Shown: positions 32,031 to 43,675 of the stretch, in pieces
Layout of the letters: each line of letters starts with the position of its first letter
Position numbering within the stretch: the stretch's first letter is position 1
Origin: an uncultured bacterium
Lineage (GTDB): Bacteria > Verrucomicrobiota > Verrucomicrobiia > Limisphaerales > UBA8199
NCBI GenBank assembly: GCA_963749495.1
Contig: CAVVMW010000004.1
Coordinates: 768,001 to 832,000 of the forward strand
Length of the DNA: 64,000 nucleotides
Direction of reading: 5' to 3'
Translations under genes and position numbers: made by a program
Notes under the pieces: model-generated
The model's input: the letters and a program-made list of their open reading frames with translations, nothing else
What the model was told of the DNA's origin: nothing
The model's database searches: none

Positions 32031-32378
32031 ATGAGCGCCATTCGCACTTTCAACGTGGAGGCCGGGTTGCCCGCCCTGGACGAGGCGCGGCGGCTGGTCA
32101 TCGCCGAAATCAAGCAGGCCAGGCGTGACAGGGCACGAGTGCTGAAGGTGATTCACGGCTATGGCTCGTCCGGCACGGGCGGCAAGCTCTGCGTCGGGCT
32201 GCGGAAATCGTTGGGGCTGCGCAAAAAGGAAGGCGTCATCAAGGATTTTATCGCGGGCGAAGACTTTTCGATTTTCAACGACACGGTGTTGGCCCTCCTG
32301 GAAGCGGTGCCGGAGATGCGCGGCGACCCGGACCTGGGGGCGACCAACGAGGGCGTGACCATCATCTGGCTGAAGTGA
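32031..32378 (+). CDS. Smr/MutS2-domain protein
   Basis: VLKVIHGYGSSGTGG..., N.GVTIIWL. Confidence 0.85.
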   Translation: MSAIRTFNVEAGLPALDEARRLVIAEIKQARRDRARVLKVIHGYGSSGTGGKLCVGLRKSLGLRKKEGVIKDFIAGEDFSIFNDTVLALLEAVPEMRGDPDLGATNEGVTIIWLK

Positions 32379-32421
32379 GCGCAGCAGGCTCGGCGGGCGG
32401 GACATCAGATTTCCCGTTGGG

Positions 32422-32494
32422 TGCCGAATGAAGCGCCGAACGCCCCACCACCTCCGGGCCGATGGGAAACAAAAGCACCACCACAATGTTCACG
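32422..32494 (+). repeat. Gene-start remnant, copy 1 (copy 2 at 34523-34595), GIY-YIG-like start
   Basis: tgccgaATGAAGCGCCGAACG...CACCAxCACAATGTT; MKRRT....R.DGK..HHHNV. Confidence 0.65.
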
Positions 32495-32531
32495 CCAGAA
32501 CGCCGGTTGTGCTTGTAGGCCGCCCAGTGTA

Positions 32532-33095
32532 TCAAAAAAGGCCCTTGGTGTTCCGGGCCGTGCTCACTGAAACCCTGAACGAAGCGTAATCGTTAGTGGC
32601 GTGGCTGGGGGTCACGACTGCGCGGAAAGCCGCGTCGTCATGAGGCTGAATCGTCAGCCCAGCGTGCGGATGGGCAGCATCCACCAATTGCCCGTTGGCA
32701 TCGAGGAACCGGCACTCCAGTTCAATGTCGCGCCAGGCAAACTCGCTTTGGTTGGTGAGGATGCCCGTGATATAGATGCGCGTGCCGCTGCTGGTTTGCG
32801 CCCAGTTCATCCGTGATTCCAGCACTCGAAGCGAATTGACAAAGGCAGTGTAGTCGGGCTTGGGGTTTTGAATTCTATCCAGGCCCGTCAAAATCAACAT
32901 TCCCATGAGGGCGAACATGGCCAAGTGTGGAAAACCGTAAACCCAGGCAGCAATCGCCGGATTGCGGATGGAGCGAAGCGTCAGCCACTGGCGGCATCGT
33001 GGACACACCTTGGCTTCGTGCTTGATGCTCTCCGCGCAGTACGGACATGCCCGGCTGGCCGCGGTGTCCAGGTTGTGCTCCGGGCGCGGTGTCAT
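32532..33095 (-). CDS. Zinc-ribbon + TM + FxLYD-like (DUF3426-like) protein
   Basis: CPYCAESIKHEAKVCPRC; TM; ITGILTNQS..W..IELECRFLDANGQLVD. Confidence 0.75.
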   Translation of the reverse strand: MTPRPEHNLDTAASRACPYCAESIKHEAKVCPRCRQWLTLRSIRNPAIAAWVYGFPHLAMFALMGMLILTGLDRIQNPKPDYTAFVNSLRVLESRMNWAQTSSGTRIYITGILTNQSEFAWRDIELECRFLDANGQLVDAAHPHAGLTIQPHDDAAFRAVVTPSHATNDYASFRVSVSTARNTKGLF

Positions 33096-33109
33096 TTCAA
33101 GGAAGGCGG

Positions 33110-33694
33110 CTAGTCGGTTTTGGCGGGGAGGTTCCCATCGGTTGCCTCTTGAACGCGAACCCTCGCAGCGATGCTGCTGTTGGTAAACACGAGCCTTCCC
33201 AATCCAACCCGAAAGGCTTGTTCCTGGTGCGGCTGAACCACGAACTTTTCCGAAATCTCAGGCTGGCGCACATCCACCAGCTTGCCCTCCCCTTCCATAA
33301 ACCGCACCTCCAGTTCCAGCACGCGCCAAGGGTAATTTCCGGTGTTGGTGATGTAGCCGCTCAGCCAGAACTCAGGCTTCCTCTGGTCGCGTTCCAACGA
33401 GGTCCGCGCAACCACCAGTTGCGCACGGTACGGTGCAAAGCTCCGCCCCTCCGAACGGAAAACGTCGGGACACAGCCAAAAGCAGGCCACGCCAACAAAC
33501 GCAAGCATCACGCAGGCGGAAAAACCCAGACCGAGGTACGGCCGCCAACGAGCCAGGCGAGTCTGTGGGGCGCGGCAGAAGGGACACACTTTCGCCGCCG
33601 CTTTGATGGGTTCGGCGCACAAAGGACAAACCCTTGCGCTTTGGTCGGAGCCCACGGTCTGAAAACGAACGTCACGCGTGCCGGAATCCTGCAA
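33110..33694 (-). CDS. Zinc-ribbon + TM + FxLYD-like protein, tandem paralogue
   Basis: CPLCAEPIKAAAKVCPFC; TM; LSGYITNTG..W..LELEVRFMEGEGKLVD. Confidence 0.75.
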   Translation of the reverse strand: MQDSGTRDVRFQTVGSDQSARVCPLCAEPIKAAAKVCPFCRAPQTRLARWRPYLGLGFSACVMLAFVGVACFWLCPDVFRSEGRSFAPYRAQLVVARTSLERDQRKPEFWLSGYITNTGNYPWRVLELEVRFMEGEGKLVDVRQPEISEKFVVQPHQEQAFRVGLGRLVFTNSSIAARVRVQEATDGNLPAKTD

Positions 33695-33888
33695 TTAAGG
33701 GTGGAGGCTGTCAACGCTTTCTTAACGAGGGCATCGGACACGCAAACCGTGGTTGCCGGTTAGCCACGAGTTGAGTCCAGAACATTGGCAAACTCCTGCG
33801 CCGCTCTTGAGTTTGCGGGATTCGACCCCGAGACCAGACCCCACGGCACGTCTTGCCTCGTCTGAGCAAAGAGGCGACAATCCTCGCC

Positions 33889-34509
33889 GTGAACAGGCTG
33901 GCATTCGACCACTTGCGAGCCGACCCGGTTATGGCAAAACTGATAGACCGAGTCGGTCCTGCCAAACTGCAACCACGCCGCCTCCCGCCCTTCGAGTCGC
34001 TGGTCCATGCCATCATACATCAGCAATTGAACGGGAAGGCCGCAGGCACGATTCTGGGCCGATTCCTGGTGCTGTTTGGCAGCGACGGCTTTCCTGCGCC
34101 AGAGGCGGTCTTGGAAGCCTCTCCTGACCGGCTCAGGAGCGCCGGTTTGTCCAGGCCGAAGACCAGCTACATCCTTGGCCTGGCCGAACAGGCGGTGGGT
34201 GGCCTCCTTCCAACGCTCGTCCAGTGCAACGGCATGACAGATGAGCAGTTGCTGGAACGCTTCACCCAAATCAAGGGCGTTGGCCGCTGGACGGCGGAGA
34301 TGCTGCTCATCTTCAATCTGGGCAGGCCCGATGTTCTGCCCGTTCACGACCTGGGGGTCAGGAAGGGCTTCCAGTTTGCCTATCGCAAGCGCAAGCTGCC
34401 GGAGCCGGAGCAACTGGGCCGCTTCGGCGTGCGCTGGGCACCTTGCCGGACGACGGCAGCCTGGTATCTCTGGCGGGCGGCGGACTTCCTGAACGGCGAT
34501 GGCTGGTGA
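33889..34509 (+). CDS. alkA: DNA-3-methyladenine glycosylase II (HhH-GPD)
   Basis: AIIHQQL, LRSAGLS, IKGVGRWTAEMLLIFNLGRPDVLPVHDLGVRKG, W.P.RT.A.WYLW. Confidence 0.9.
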   Translation: MNRLAFDHLRADPVMAKLIDRVGPAKLQPRRLPPFESLVHAIIHQQLNGKAAGTILGRFLVLFGSDGFPAPEAVLEASPDRLRSAGLSRPKTSYILGLAEQAVGGLLPTLVQCNGMTDEQLLERFTQIKGVGRWTAEMLLIFNLGRPDVLPVHDLGVRKGFQFAYRKRKLPEPEQLGRFGVRWAPCRTTAAWYLWRAADFLNGDGW

Positions 34510-34522
34510 GTGGGAAGGCGGA

Positions 34523-34595
34523 TGCCGAATGAAGCGCCGAACGCTCCGCAAACTGCGGCCCGACGGCAAACATGAGCACCATCACAATGTTTACG
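34523..34595 (+). repeat. Gene-start remnant, copy 2
   Basis: MKRRTLRKLRPDGKHEHHHNVYV, then interrupted by an opposite-strand remnant. Confidence 0.65.
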
Positions 34596-34647
34596 TTGGA
34601 GTCCTTGTGGCGATATTGGCGACAACGCACGCCTGCATCCGTTGTCG

Positions 34648-34790
34648 TCACTTCACTCGCTGCCACTTTTCCTCGATTTTCGTGCCGTCCGATAGCTGGC
34701 CCGATTCGCGCAATTTATCTCCCTCCACTCGTATCGTGAAGGCTTGTTTCTTACCGAGGTAATCCGTCATGCCTTCTCCAGCGTAATCAA
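34648..34790 (-). pseudogene. C-terminal remnant of a lipocalin-like protein
   Basis: MTDYLGKKQAFTIRVEGDKLRESGQLSDGTKIEEKWQRVK*. Confidence 0.4.
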
Positions 34791-34953
34791 TCGTCTCGTT
34801 GCACAGCCGGATGTGCCCATGACCCTAACGCATCGCCTTCGCATGGTCCATTCGTAATCGGACCCCCGCGATTTTTGTCGTGGCGCGGCTTTCGTCCCGG
34901 CATACAATGGCCCGCATGGGCAGCGAGCACAAAGTGGCGTTCTTCGGTTTCCC

Positions 34954-35585
34954 ATGAGCACACTCCATAATCGCAGACGATTTCTGACTGCCGCAGTGGA
35001 GTCGGTTGCTGGCGTGGCTTTTGCCGGTTGGGCTCTGCCCTCCGGGCAGCGCCCGGTCAGCCCACTGCCGGTGCGGACGGCTTCATCATCATCGACGCCC
35101 ACACCCACTTTTATGACCCCACCCGCCCGGAAGGCGTGCCGTGGCCGCCTCGCGATGACAAGCTGCTTTACCGCCGGGTGCTGCCCAAGGACTACCTCGC
35201 CCTGCCGGTGCCTCGGCCCGTGACGGGTGCGGTGGCCGTGGAGGCCAGCCCGCGGGTCGAGGACAACCAGTGGGTGCTCGACCTTGCGGCCCGCGAACCG
35301 TTCATCGTGGGCCTGGTGGGCAACCTGCCGGTCGGCACAAGGCAGTTCGCCGGGCTCCTGAAACGGTTTGCGGCGAATAGATTTTTCCTGGGCATCCGCA
35401 TCCGTGACCGGAAGCTGGAGGGTGCGCTGGATGACGCGGCTTTTGTCAACGACTTGAAACTGCTGGCTGACTATGACCTGTCACTCTATTTCCGCAGCCA
35501 CGGACGCCGGGCTGAGGAACAGGTTTTCTCGCAGAGCGCCAAGGTGGCCTACCGGTGGGCGGGGCGGGAGATGCCAAAGCACTGA
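34954..35585 (+). pseudogene. Tat-signal amidohydrolase_2 protein with frameshift (~35070) and internal deletion (~35487)
   Basis: RRRFL signal; IIDAHTHFYDP..VEAS..EDNQW.LDLA; DLSL jumps to C-terminal YFRSHGRRAEEQVF..AY. Confidence 0.7.
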
Positions 35586-35634
35586 CGCAAACCCAAGTCT
35601 GCTGAAATCAGAAGACGCACTTCAAACAACGCAT

Positions 35635-36439
35635 ATGCTCGACGCTAAAGAACGCCCTTCCGCTTGGCTGCTCCTGAGCCTGACCGCGAGCATGTTGGCT
35701 GCGCTGCTGGGATTATTCCTGGTGCGGAGCGTGGCCCCGGCCTCCTGGCTGCACGCCAACAACGAGGTTGCTGGGAATTATTTGCAGACCCTGGGCACGA
35801 TTTACGCGGTGCTCTTGGCATTCGTGGTCTTCGTGGTCTGGCAGCAGCACAACGAGACTCGCAGTGCCGTGGAAAAAGAGGCCAACGAGTTATCGGATTT
35901 CTACCGGACCATTCGGGCGCTGCCCGCAACCCAGCGGGTGCAAGAGCGCATCCAGGCGTATGGCCGAATCGTAGTGGGTGAAGAATGGGAGGACATGGCG
36001 CGAGGGCGTTGGAGCCAAAAGGCGGGACAGGCCCTGGAAGAAACCTGGCAGGCTCTCAAAGAGGTGGAGCCGTGCAGCGGGCGCGAGGAGGTGCTCTACG
36101 CTGAGGCCCTGGCCAGATTCAACGACCTGAGTGATGCGCGGAGCCACCGGCTGGTACTGCAGCCTGTTGCGGCTGCCGCCGAGCTTATGGGTGTTGCTCT
36201 TGACCAACGCGGGACTGGTGGTCGGCTCGATGTGGATTTTCGGCCTGGAGTCGTTCTCGGCACACGCCCTCATGACCATGGCGTTGGCAGGTTCGATTGC
36301 GTTCATCCTCTTTCTGGTCGCCGACCTGGACAACCCGTTCTGGGGCACTTGGCGAGTTGGGCCGGAGGCTTTCCAGCGGGCGCTCGACCTCTTCCAGCTT
36401 GCCTCTATCGAACACGAAATCCACAAACCCCATGAGTGA
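35635..36439 (+). CDS. DUF4239 (bestrophin-like) membrane protein; apparent frameshift at ~36155
   Basis: GTIYAVLLAFVVFVVW, EA..L, EEW..M, LP..LW, DLDNPF.G. Confidence 0.8.
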
Positions 36440-36488
36440 CCAGCCCGGTCTTTCGTGCTCGCCCAAAGACGGGTTCGGCCTTGTCGGG

Positions 36489-36818
36489 TCAGGTCATGTG
36501 CCAGCCGCCGTTCACGCTGATGGTCTGGCCGGTGATGTACCCGTTGCTGGCCAGCATAACGACCACATCCGCTACTTCCTCCACCGTCTTGACCAGACGA
36601 GCAACCTCCGCAGCCTTCGAGACATCGGCCTTGACCGCCAGCGCGCGGCGGCCAACGGCCTCAGCCTCCACGCAGACGGCCTGCGCCTCAGCCTCCCGGT
36701 GCTGAAAGTTGACCGCCACGTCGGCACGGGCCTTGGCCAGCGCCAAAGCCGCTGCTCGTCCGATGCCACGGCTGCCGCCGGTGACAAGGGCTATTCTCCC
36801 AGTCAGTTCGTTTCTCAT
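36489..36818 (-). pseudogene. SDR oxidoreductase shortened by in-frame internal deletion
   Basis: ALVTGGSRGIG..ADVS..EV.RLVKTV joined to EEVADVVVMLASNGYITGQTISVNGG; NNAG and YxxxK missing. Confidence 0.85.
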
Positions 36819-37162
36819 GTTTTGGCATTTTTTGGTGGACCGCCTGACCCCGGTTCTGGCCCCCAGGGCTTCCGACACTGAGCCGGTAAATACCTTCGAT
36901 TACGGACCCGGCTGCACGAAGGACCAAAGTGGGGCCATCAACTCGTTTTCGACGGCTCGGTCACGGCCCGCATCCCTTCCCGGCCAGCCATGCTCACACC
37001 CCATGAAAACGGCTCCGTACTGCTGCTCTGTCATGGGACAACTGTGATTGTGCTGCCGGCGGTTTCGAATCTTGAATTATCCAAATCCAAGGTGCAAGCC
37101 CTTTGGTTCGCGCCCTTTGTGACCGGGTGCGCGACAAAATAGTAACCATTAGACCTGTTCAT

Positions 37163-37190
37163 TTCCGCGTATTCCGCGTATTCCGCGGTT
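37163..37190. repeat. 9-bp tandem repeat (TTCCGCGTA)x2 + TTCCGCGGTT
   Basis: Direct observation. Confidence 0.7.
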
Positions 37191-37311
37191 CATTCTTCTT
37201 CGGAACTTTGCTAGCCTCGCCAGCCGTGAAAACCGATCTTACTTTTTTGTCTCGCACCCCGGAGCATTCCGCATCGCCATAAGCTGTCGCTTCCTGGCCG
37301 GTGTTCCAGTA

Positions 37312-38850
37312 ATGTACCAGCGTTTGGCACGAGCTATGGCAATGCGACCTCTACTCCTTGCGTCGTTGAACTGCGCCTGCTTCATCGCGGCCCACGGTGC
37401 AACGGTTCAATTCACTGTTCTTGGTTCCGACACGGACAAGCCCCTGCCATGCCGCGTCCATGTCAAGGACGCTGCCGGGAAGCCAGTTCGGCCCAAGGGT
37501 CTGCCATTCTGGCACGACCACTTCGTCTGTGCGGGCAGCGTGGAGCTTGATTTGGCTCCCGGCCAATACGCCTATGAAATCGACCGTGGGCCGGAGCACT
37601 TTCTGAGGACCGGCATGGTGGCGGTTGCCGCAAGCGGCCCGCAGACCGTGACGAATCGGCTCCGGCGTCTGGTCAATCTGGCCCAGGAAGGCTGGTGGTC
37701 GGGCGACCTGCACGTGCATCGAGAGCCCGAGGAGATGGAGTTGCTCATGCAGGCTGAAGATTTGCACCTGGCCCCGGTCATTACGTGGTGGAATGCGAAC
37801 AGTGCCTGGCGGAACCGCCCTCTCCCCGTGAACCCGCTCGTCCGCTTCGACGGGGACAGGTTTTGCCACTTGATGGGCGGCGAGGATGAACGGGCAGGTG
37901 GCGCACTGCTCTATTTCAACCTGAGCCAGCCGCTCGACCTCACCGGAGCGCAGCGGGAGTATCCCTCCCCGATGAAGTTCCTGGCTGAAGCCCGCCAGCA
38001 CCAGGGCGTGTGGGTCGATGTGGAGAAGCCGTTCTGGTATGACACGCCGGTCTGGCTGGCCAGCGGGATGGTGGACTCCATCGGCATCGCGCACAACCAC
38101 ATGCAGCGCGACGGCGTGTACCCGGGCGAAGCCTGGGGGCGTGCCCGCGACAAGCAACGGCTTCCCGACCCGCAGGGGAACGGGTTTTGGACGCAGGAAA
38201 TCTACTATCACGCCCTGAACTGCGGTTTGCGCCTGCCGCCTTCGGCCGGCAGCGCCTCCGGCGTGCTGCCCAATCCGGTGGGCTATGACCGGGTTTACGT
38301 TCATCTGGACGGTGCTCTGGGCTATGAGCCGTGGTGGGAAGGCTTGAGGGCGGGCCGCGTGTTCGTCTCCAACGGGCCGCTGCTGCGCTGCCGGGCCAAC
38401 GGCCAATGGCCGGGGCATGTGTTCAAGGCGGCGGCGGGGGAGACCGTCAGCCTGCGGTTGGAGGCGGCGCTCGACTCGCGTGACCCCATCGCCTCCATTG
38501 AGGTCATTCAGAACGGTGGTGTGGTGCGGAGGGTGTCGTTTTCCGAATGGAAGCAGACCGGCTCGTTGGGCACCGTCAAGTTTGACCGGAGCGGATGGTT
38601 CCTGGTGCGGGCAATGGCGGACGTGCCGGGCACCTTCCGCTTTGCCTCAACCGGCCCGTTCTACGTGGAGGTTGGCTCGCCCTCGCGCCGCATCAGCAAG
38701 GCTTCCGCCCAGTTCTTCCTCGACTGGGTGCGCGAGCGCATGGGGCAAATCAAGCTCGCCAACCCTCGCCAGCAGGATGAAGTCGTGCAACCCCAGCGGC
38801 AGGCGGAGCAGTTCTGGCACAAGAAAGTGGCGGAGGCCAACGCCGAGTGA
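37312..38850 (+). CDS. CehA/McbA-family (PHP-like) secreted metallohydrolase
   Basis: GWWSGDLHVHR, YY..LNCG.RLP.SAGS, VGY.RVYV, GR.FVSNGP. Confidence 0.85.
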   Translation: MYQRLARAMAMRPLLLASLNCACFIAAHGATVQFTVLGSDTDKPLPCRVHVKDAAGKPVRPKGLPFWHDHFVCAGSVELDLAPGQYAYEIDRGPEHFLRTGMVAVAASGPQTVTNRLRRLVNLAQEGWWSGDLHVHREPEEMELLMQAEDLHLAPVITWWNANSAWRNRPLPVNPLVRFDGDRFCHLMGGEDERAGGALLYFNLSQPLDLTGAQREYPSPMKFLAEARQHQGVWVDVEKPFWYDTPVWLASGMVDSIGIAHNHMQRDGVYPGEAWGRARDKQRLPDPQGNGFWTQEIYYHALNCGLRLPPSAGSASGVLPNPVGYDRVYVHLDGALGYEPWWEGLRAGRVFVSNGPLLRCRANGQWPGHVFKAAAGETVSLRLEAALDSRDPIASIEVIQNGGVVRRVSFSEWKQTGSLGTVKFDRSGWFLVRAMADVPGTFRFASTGPFYVEVGSPSRRISKASAQFFLDWVRERMGQIKLANPRQQDEVVQPQRQAEQFWHKKVAEANAE

Positions 38851-39035
38851 TCTTGCCTGCGAACGGAGGATTTCTTGAATAACTATGCGGGCTGGCCTTT
38901 CCATCGCTGTCATCGGGTTGGTTGCCGTGGATTGCGGAGGTTGCACCCTTCCCGTGCCACACACGCGCCCGTTCTGGGTTGAGCCTCCCGGCCATCAGCG
39001 CCATGGCCATCTGCGCTCGGTGTGGCCGGGCCTCA

Positions 39036-39843
39036 TCAAGGGCCTGGACCAAAATCCCCGGGACGGTAGAATACAGTCCACCCACCCGCCGCGGACCCGA
39101 TGTTGATGGTCGCCTTGTATTGGCGCAGGTCGAACTTCCGCCAGCGCGCGCTGCCATCCTCGTAAAGGAAATTCCCCCCGGTGGATACCAACGCGCTATT
39201 CCGATGGTTGGCGAAGCTAATTGTCCCCTCGGCGGTGCCAGTGGTATCAGACCAGGTAAGGTTCGGGATCGTGCCCGTGGCCTGTATCTTGTCAATCATC
39301 ACCGGCGCCCTGCGATAAAGACCCCCAAGCTTTTTCCGGTAAACCCATTCCGCGAGGCCGTTGGAGTTGTAGTCCGGCCACCCGGCGGAATCTCGTCCGG
39401 GCAGAAACTGGTAGCCGATCAGGTTCACTACGTCCTGACTCGATTCATAGAAGCGGTGCCACTGATCGGTAGGACAGTAGAGCACGTCGTGCGTGTCCCG
39501 CTGCTTCTGGATCGTCGTGCCTGCGCGGTTTGGATAGAGGGTACTGGGGGTAAAAGTTGGTGTTCAGCCGCAGAGCCATCCAGGCGAAACCGCTGGCGCC
39601 GTCCAAGGTGGGATTAGCCGGGAAGGATTCCCCGTTGTCCCCGCCGTACATGGTGACAGCAATGCCCCATTGCTTGAGATTGCTGGTGCACTGAATCCTC
39701 ACGGCTTTCTCCTTGGACTTAGCCAACGCCGGCAACAGCAGCGCCGCCAGGATGGCGATGATGGCAATGACCACCAGCAGTTCTATCAGAGTAAAGCCGG
39801 CCTGAAGACCCGGCTCGGAGGATGTCGTGCGTACCGATTTCAT
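39036..39843 (-). CDS. Prepilin-type N-terminal cleavage/methylation protein (DUF1559-like); apparent frameshift at ~39540
   Basis: [43 protein letters not shown]....[13 protein letters not shown]. Confidence 0.88.
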
Positions 39844-40245
39844 GGTGCTTGCCTGATTTGCGTTCCCAACTTCAAACGTCTTCGACTCTTCACCGTCCCT
39901 TTGCGTTTCCGCCTGCCAGACCCCGATGAGGCCCCCCGGAACCCAAATGGCCCCCTCAGGATGGAATCCGGCTAATCCGCGGCGCCACCCGCCTGCGGAC
40001 CGTCGCGGGTTCGTTTGTTCGTTTGATGTGCATATTCTAATTGTGAACCTCAAAACTGTCAACGAGTCGGGCGAGATCGAGGACCTTGCGGGTTCCATTG
40101 CGCGGCTTATGGGCCACAAGGGGGGCCGCTCAGCGTCGGAGGCCAAGGCCCGCGCCGCTCACGCTGACCGCGAACCTGGCTGCGTTTAGTGAGGCGTTCC
40201 GTTCTTCGACCTGGGCGTTAAGGCCCGACCAACCTCCCCATCCAA

Positions 40246-40446
40246 ATGACTGGCCGCTCCTACACCATCCAGGGCTCGCCCGGCCTGCGGCAGTGGAGCC
40301 CCCTCTCATTCGTCCTGCCCGCCCAAGGCCCCGGCAGCGGCGCCTACACCTTCCTCTATGCCCCGGACATCCGCACCGTCCAGGTCCAAGCCCTCCAGCC
40401 CCCCTCCGGCCCCGCCATGCGCTTCTTCCGGCTCATGCTCCAATAA
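40246..40446 (+). pseudogene. Orphan C-terminal RFYR-like domain remnant
   Basis: GRSYTIQGSPGLRQWSPL...PAMRFFRLMLQ* with no upstream gene body. Confidence 0.5.
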
Positions 40447-40478
40447 GGGAGTTTCTCGGGAATCGACTGTAGCGCCTG

Positions 40479-40692
40479 CGTCGCGTAGCAACGCGCTGAC
40501 AGTAGCCGTGGACCTCGGTCCACGGGTTGGGGGGTGGGAATGGCCGCGCGCCGCGTAGCGACGCCTGAGGGCCTGGCGTTGGCCAAATCGAATCCTGTTC
40601 TCAAGCGTCGCTACGCGACGCAGGTGAGCTTGGGTCATGGGTCCGTGGACTGGAAGTCCACGGCTACCTTCAAGCACCGCTACGCGGTGACT
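40479..40692. repeat. REPIN-like palindrome, CGTCGCGTAGCGACG / CCGTGGAC..GTCCACGG family, copy 1
   Basis: Inverted arms around cgcgtagcgacg...cgtcgctacgcg; related copy at 63508-63740. Confidence 0.75.
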
Positions 40693-40710
40693 CTCGCCTT
40701 GACAGAGGCC

Positions 40711-43253
40711 TTACGCCTCTTTTCGGTAGCGAACCAGCAGGCTGGTCCCCGGCTTGGGCAGGCGCAGTTCCAAGCCGCTGCGCAATTCCTCGCCGGTCAG
40801 GACCTTGGTTGTCCTGGCCCGGTCGCCATCAATGAACTCGACTTCGTACCGGTGGCCCGGATTCACGCCATAGATTCCGACGATCAAACCCACGTAGCTG
40901 CTCTCCGAATGCCGGAAGGCCAGCACCAGGCCCGCATCCAGATCGGGCCGGTGGAATTGACAAGCCACGAATTGCTCGGGGGCCATCGAGGCCTCCGTCA
41001 ACGCGTAGAAGTCGCCATACCAGAATTTTTGGTTTTGCCTGGCTTCGGCGAGGCAGGCCCTGGCCAGTTCCTTGGGGAACGCGGGGTTCAGGTAATCGAA
41101 CTGGCAAATCAGGCCCGCGGTGGCGGCGCTGCGCACCTCATAGGCATCGGGCGTCCAGACACAAGCCGTGTGGAAGGGAATGTACTGGGACAGCCCCATG
41201 CTTTGAACCTGGTTCCAGTCCGGGTGCCCCGGGGAGCAACTGGTGTCGCTGCGCCACAAAGGGACAGACCGCATGCAGGTCTCCAGGTCAATCCGGCGCC
41301 CGCCGCTGGCGCAATTGTCAATGATCAGCCCCGGGTGCCCGGCCCGCAACTCGTCCCACAGGGCATAATGGCCCTCGACGTAGCGGATCTCGGTCAGCCC
41401 TTGCCGTTCCGGGGCGTCGTCTTGCCGCCAGAAGCCGAGCGGATCGATGTTGAAGTCGTTGCGATAGATATTGATGCCGTATTCGGTGATGCGCCGGGAC
41501 AGGAGGCCGGTCAGGTATCGGCGCGCGCCCTCATCATTCAATTTGAAGAGCCCGCCTTTCTCACCGCCCAGGACGAACTCCGGGTGCTCGCGGGCCAGGG
41601 CCGTGCCGGGGGCGACCCGCTCCGGCTCGAACCAGAGGACGAATTTCATTCCCAGGCGGTGGCATTCGTCGCTGATCGGCTTTAGCCCGTTGGGAAAGGC
41701 GCGGGCTCGGCCGACCAGTTGCCCACGCCGTTAGGGAAGCCGCCCGGAAACCACGCGGCATCCAGCCAGTGGGTGTTGCACCCCAGCGCCTGGGCTGTCC
41801 GAACCGCAGCCAACTGTCCGGCCTCGGTGGCCCAATCCTTCCGGCTCCAGGAGTAGCGATCAAAACACTGGAGCGCGACCGGCAACGGCACGGGTCTGCC
41901 CTGCCATCGCGGCACATAATGGAAGAGCATGAGGCGCCGGAACCGGTTCAAGGCCGCGCGGCGCTCTCCCTGCCAGTGCAGCAGCAGCATCCGCGGGCTG
42001 CGTATCTTCTCTCCCGGGTGCAACCGCAGGCGCACCTGTTCCATGCCGGCCGCAAACCGCGTGGGACCGCGCTCGGTGCGCTCGAACGAGGCCGCCCATT
42101 GTCCGGACCATCCCACGGCCGCGATGAGGCCCTGCCGGCCATACCGCAGATCGAAAAACGGAAAGGCGCTCACGGCCGAGGGCCTCCCTCCGGCCGGGGC
42201 CAGGCCAACGCTCTGGTTGATCGGCAGCGTCATTCTGAATGGGGTGAACGTGGTCTCGTCACATGAATCGCCCCGCAACTGGTGCAGCCAGGCGGGGTTC
42301 CGGGCCGTGCCGGTGCCCAGCGCCACGTCTGCCGCCCGAATCTTCTCCAGGATCGGCGTGTCCTGCGTCCCGCCATTCTCGAAATAGAGGACCCAATCGG
42401 CAGCCGGGTAGCGCCTGAAACTGCCGACGACGGCGGTGACCGCCAGGCCCGTCTCCGCATCCTGCCAGCACACGCGCCGCTCGACGCGGTCGGGTAATTC
42501 TTCCGTTTGAACCGTGCGGCGCCAGGTCTTGAGCAACTGCCTGGAATCGCTCCCGCCATAGACAAAGGAAAACGGCGGGCTGCCCGGCTGGAGCAACAGG
42601 TTGGCGTGGCCCTCGTCCAGCCAGCGCTCGCTCCCGTCGCTCATCACGAAGCGGGCGTCCGCCCAGTCTGCCTGGTCAAAAGCCACTCCGTCCCCTGCAT
42701 CCGAGACCTTTAGCGTCATTTGGCCGGCGCCGGCAGGCACCTCCACAGTGACCGCCACGGGAGCATTGCCCCCTTTGAGCGTGCCGCTGTGAAAGGCCTC
42801 TTTGCCATTGAACTCGACGGCGAACTGCACCGAGCCGTTCACCCCTTGAGTGTCGTAGTTGTTATCCACGCCCACAGAGCACTTAAAAGCGGCGGCGCCA
42901 TTGGGGATTGTCACTGCAATCTCGCTCAGCGCGTGGGTGCCCAGTCCGTGAGCGAAAGTTTGGGAGCCGATCTGGACGGGTGTCTCCATGCAGGACTGGC
43001 CGAAGCGCAGCACGTTATGGTCCTGGCGCCGCACCTCCATTTCGATTCGCGGCCCAGCCCCGGCGGCCCGGGCCCCGGTGAAAGAAACAGTCGCCCAGTC
43101 GAGCATGTCCCGGACCTCCTGGGGCGAAGCCATGATCGAATCGTCCATGGCCTCGGCCGGGATGTCCTGCTCCGTGCCGGGCTGTCCCGGCAGGCTCACC
43201 GCGAGCAGCGAAGCGCTCGAAAAGACCGTTAGCGTGTTCCACAGCGTTTTCAC
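40711..43253 (-). CDS. Alpha-galactosidase (GH36) with NPCBM/NEW2 domain; apparent frameshift at ~41700
   Basis: HGLGTHA..VGVD..GSVQF..D.ADWADA (NPCBM); WLDAAWF, FVLWFEPERV, YRNDFN, IDNCASGGRRIDLE, LWRSD. Confidence 0.9.
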
Positions 43254-43438
43254 ACGAGAAAAAAGAAAAGGGGCCAGCCCATAGTTTGGGTTGTGGATAC
43301 AGGGCTTCGGACCATCCCGTCAACCCGAAAACGCACCATGCCCAACAGGCGGTCACGATGTGGCCAGCTTCCCCGGCAGGATGGGGCCGCCCCCGGGCCA
43401 GAGCCAAGAACGAGCCTCCCCCTTTCGGGTGAACTCAT

Positions 43439-43675
43439 TCACGCGTCACGCCCGTGGCGCCATGGTGGGAGGTTCTTCTGTGCTCGGAGCCAGGGGCCGT
43501 AGGCCGAATCCACGATGCGCTGAAGAGTCTCCTTGGAGAGATTCGGGCGACGCTGCAACACGTCGTCCAACCTGGAGTCGTAAACGGCATAGAGGTCATC
43601 CGCCTGCACTCCGGACTGTCGTGCCTCCCTGAACGCATCGTAGCTCTTGAGGATGGCCTCCAGCTCAGCGTTCAT
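43439..43675 (-). CDS. Hypothetical protein, downstream partner of a coupled pair
   Basis: 78 aa; start overlaps the end of 43665..44036. Confidence 0.6.
   Translation of the reverse strand: MNAELEAILKSYDAFREARQSGVQADDLYAVYDSRLDDVLQRRPNLSKETLQRIVDSAYGPWLRAQKNLPPWRHGRDA

Noticed and set aside
40060..40189. Short '[16 protein letters not shown]' ORF as a real gene
   Set aside because: Resembles a degenerate fragment of a basic GxKGG motif; no clear start or full domain
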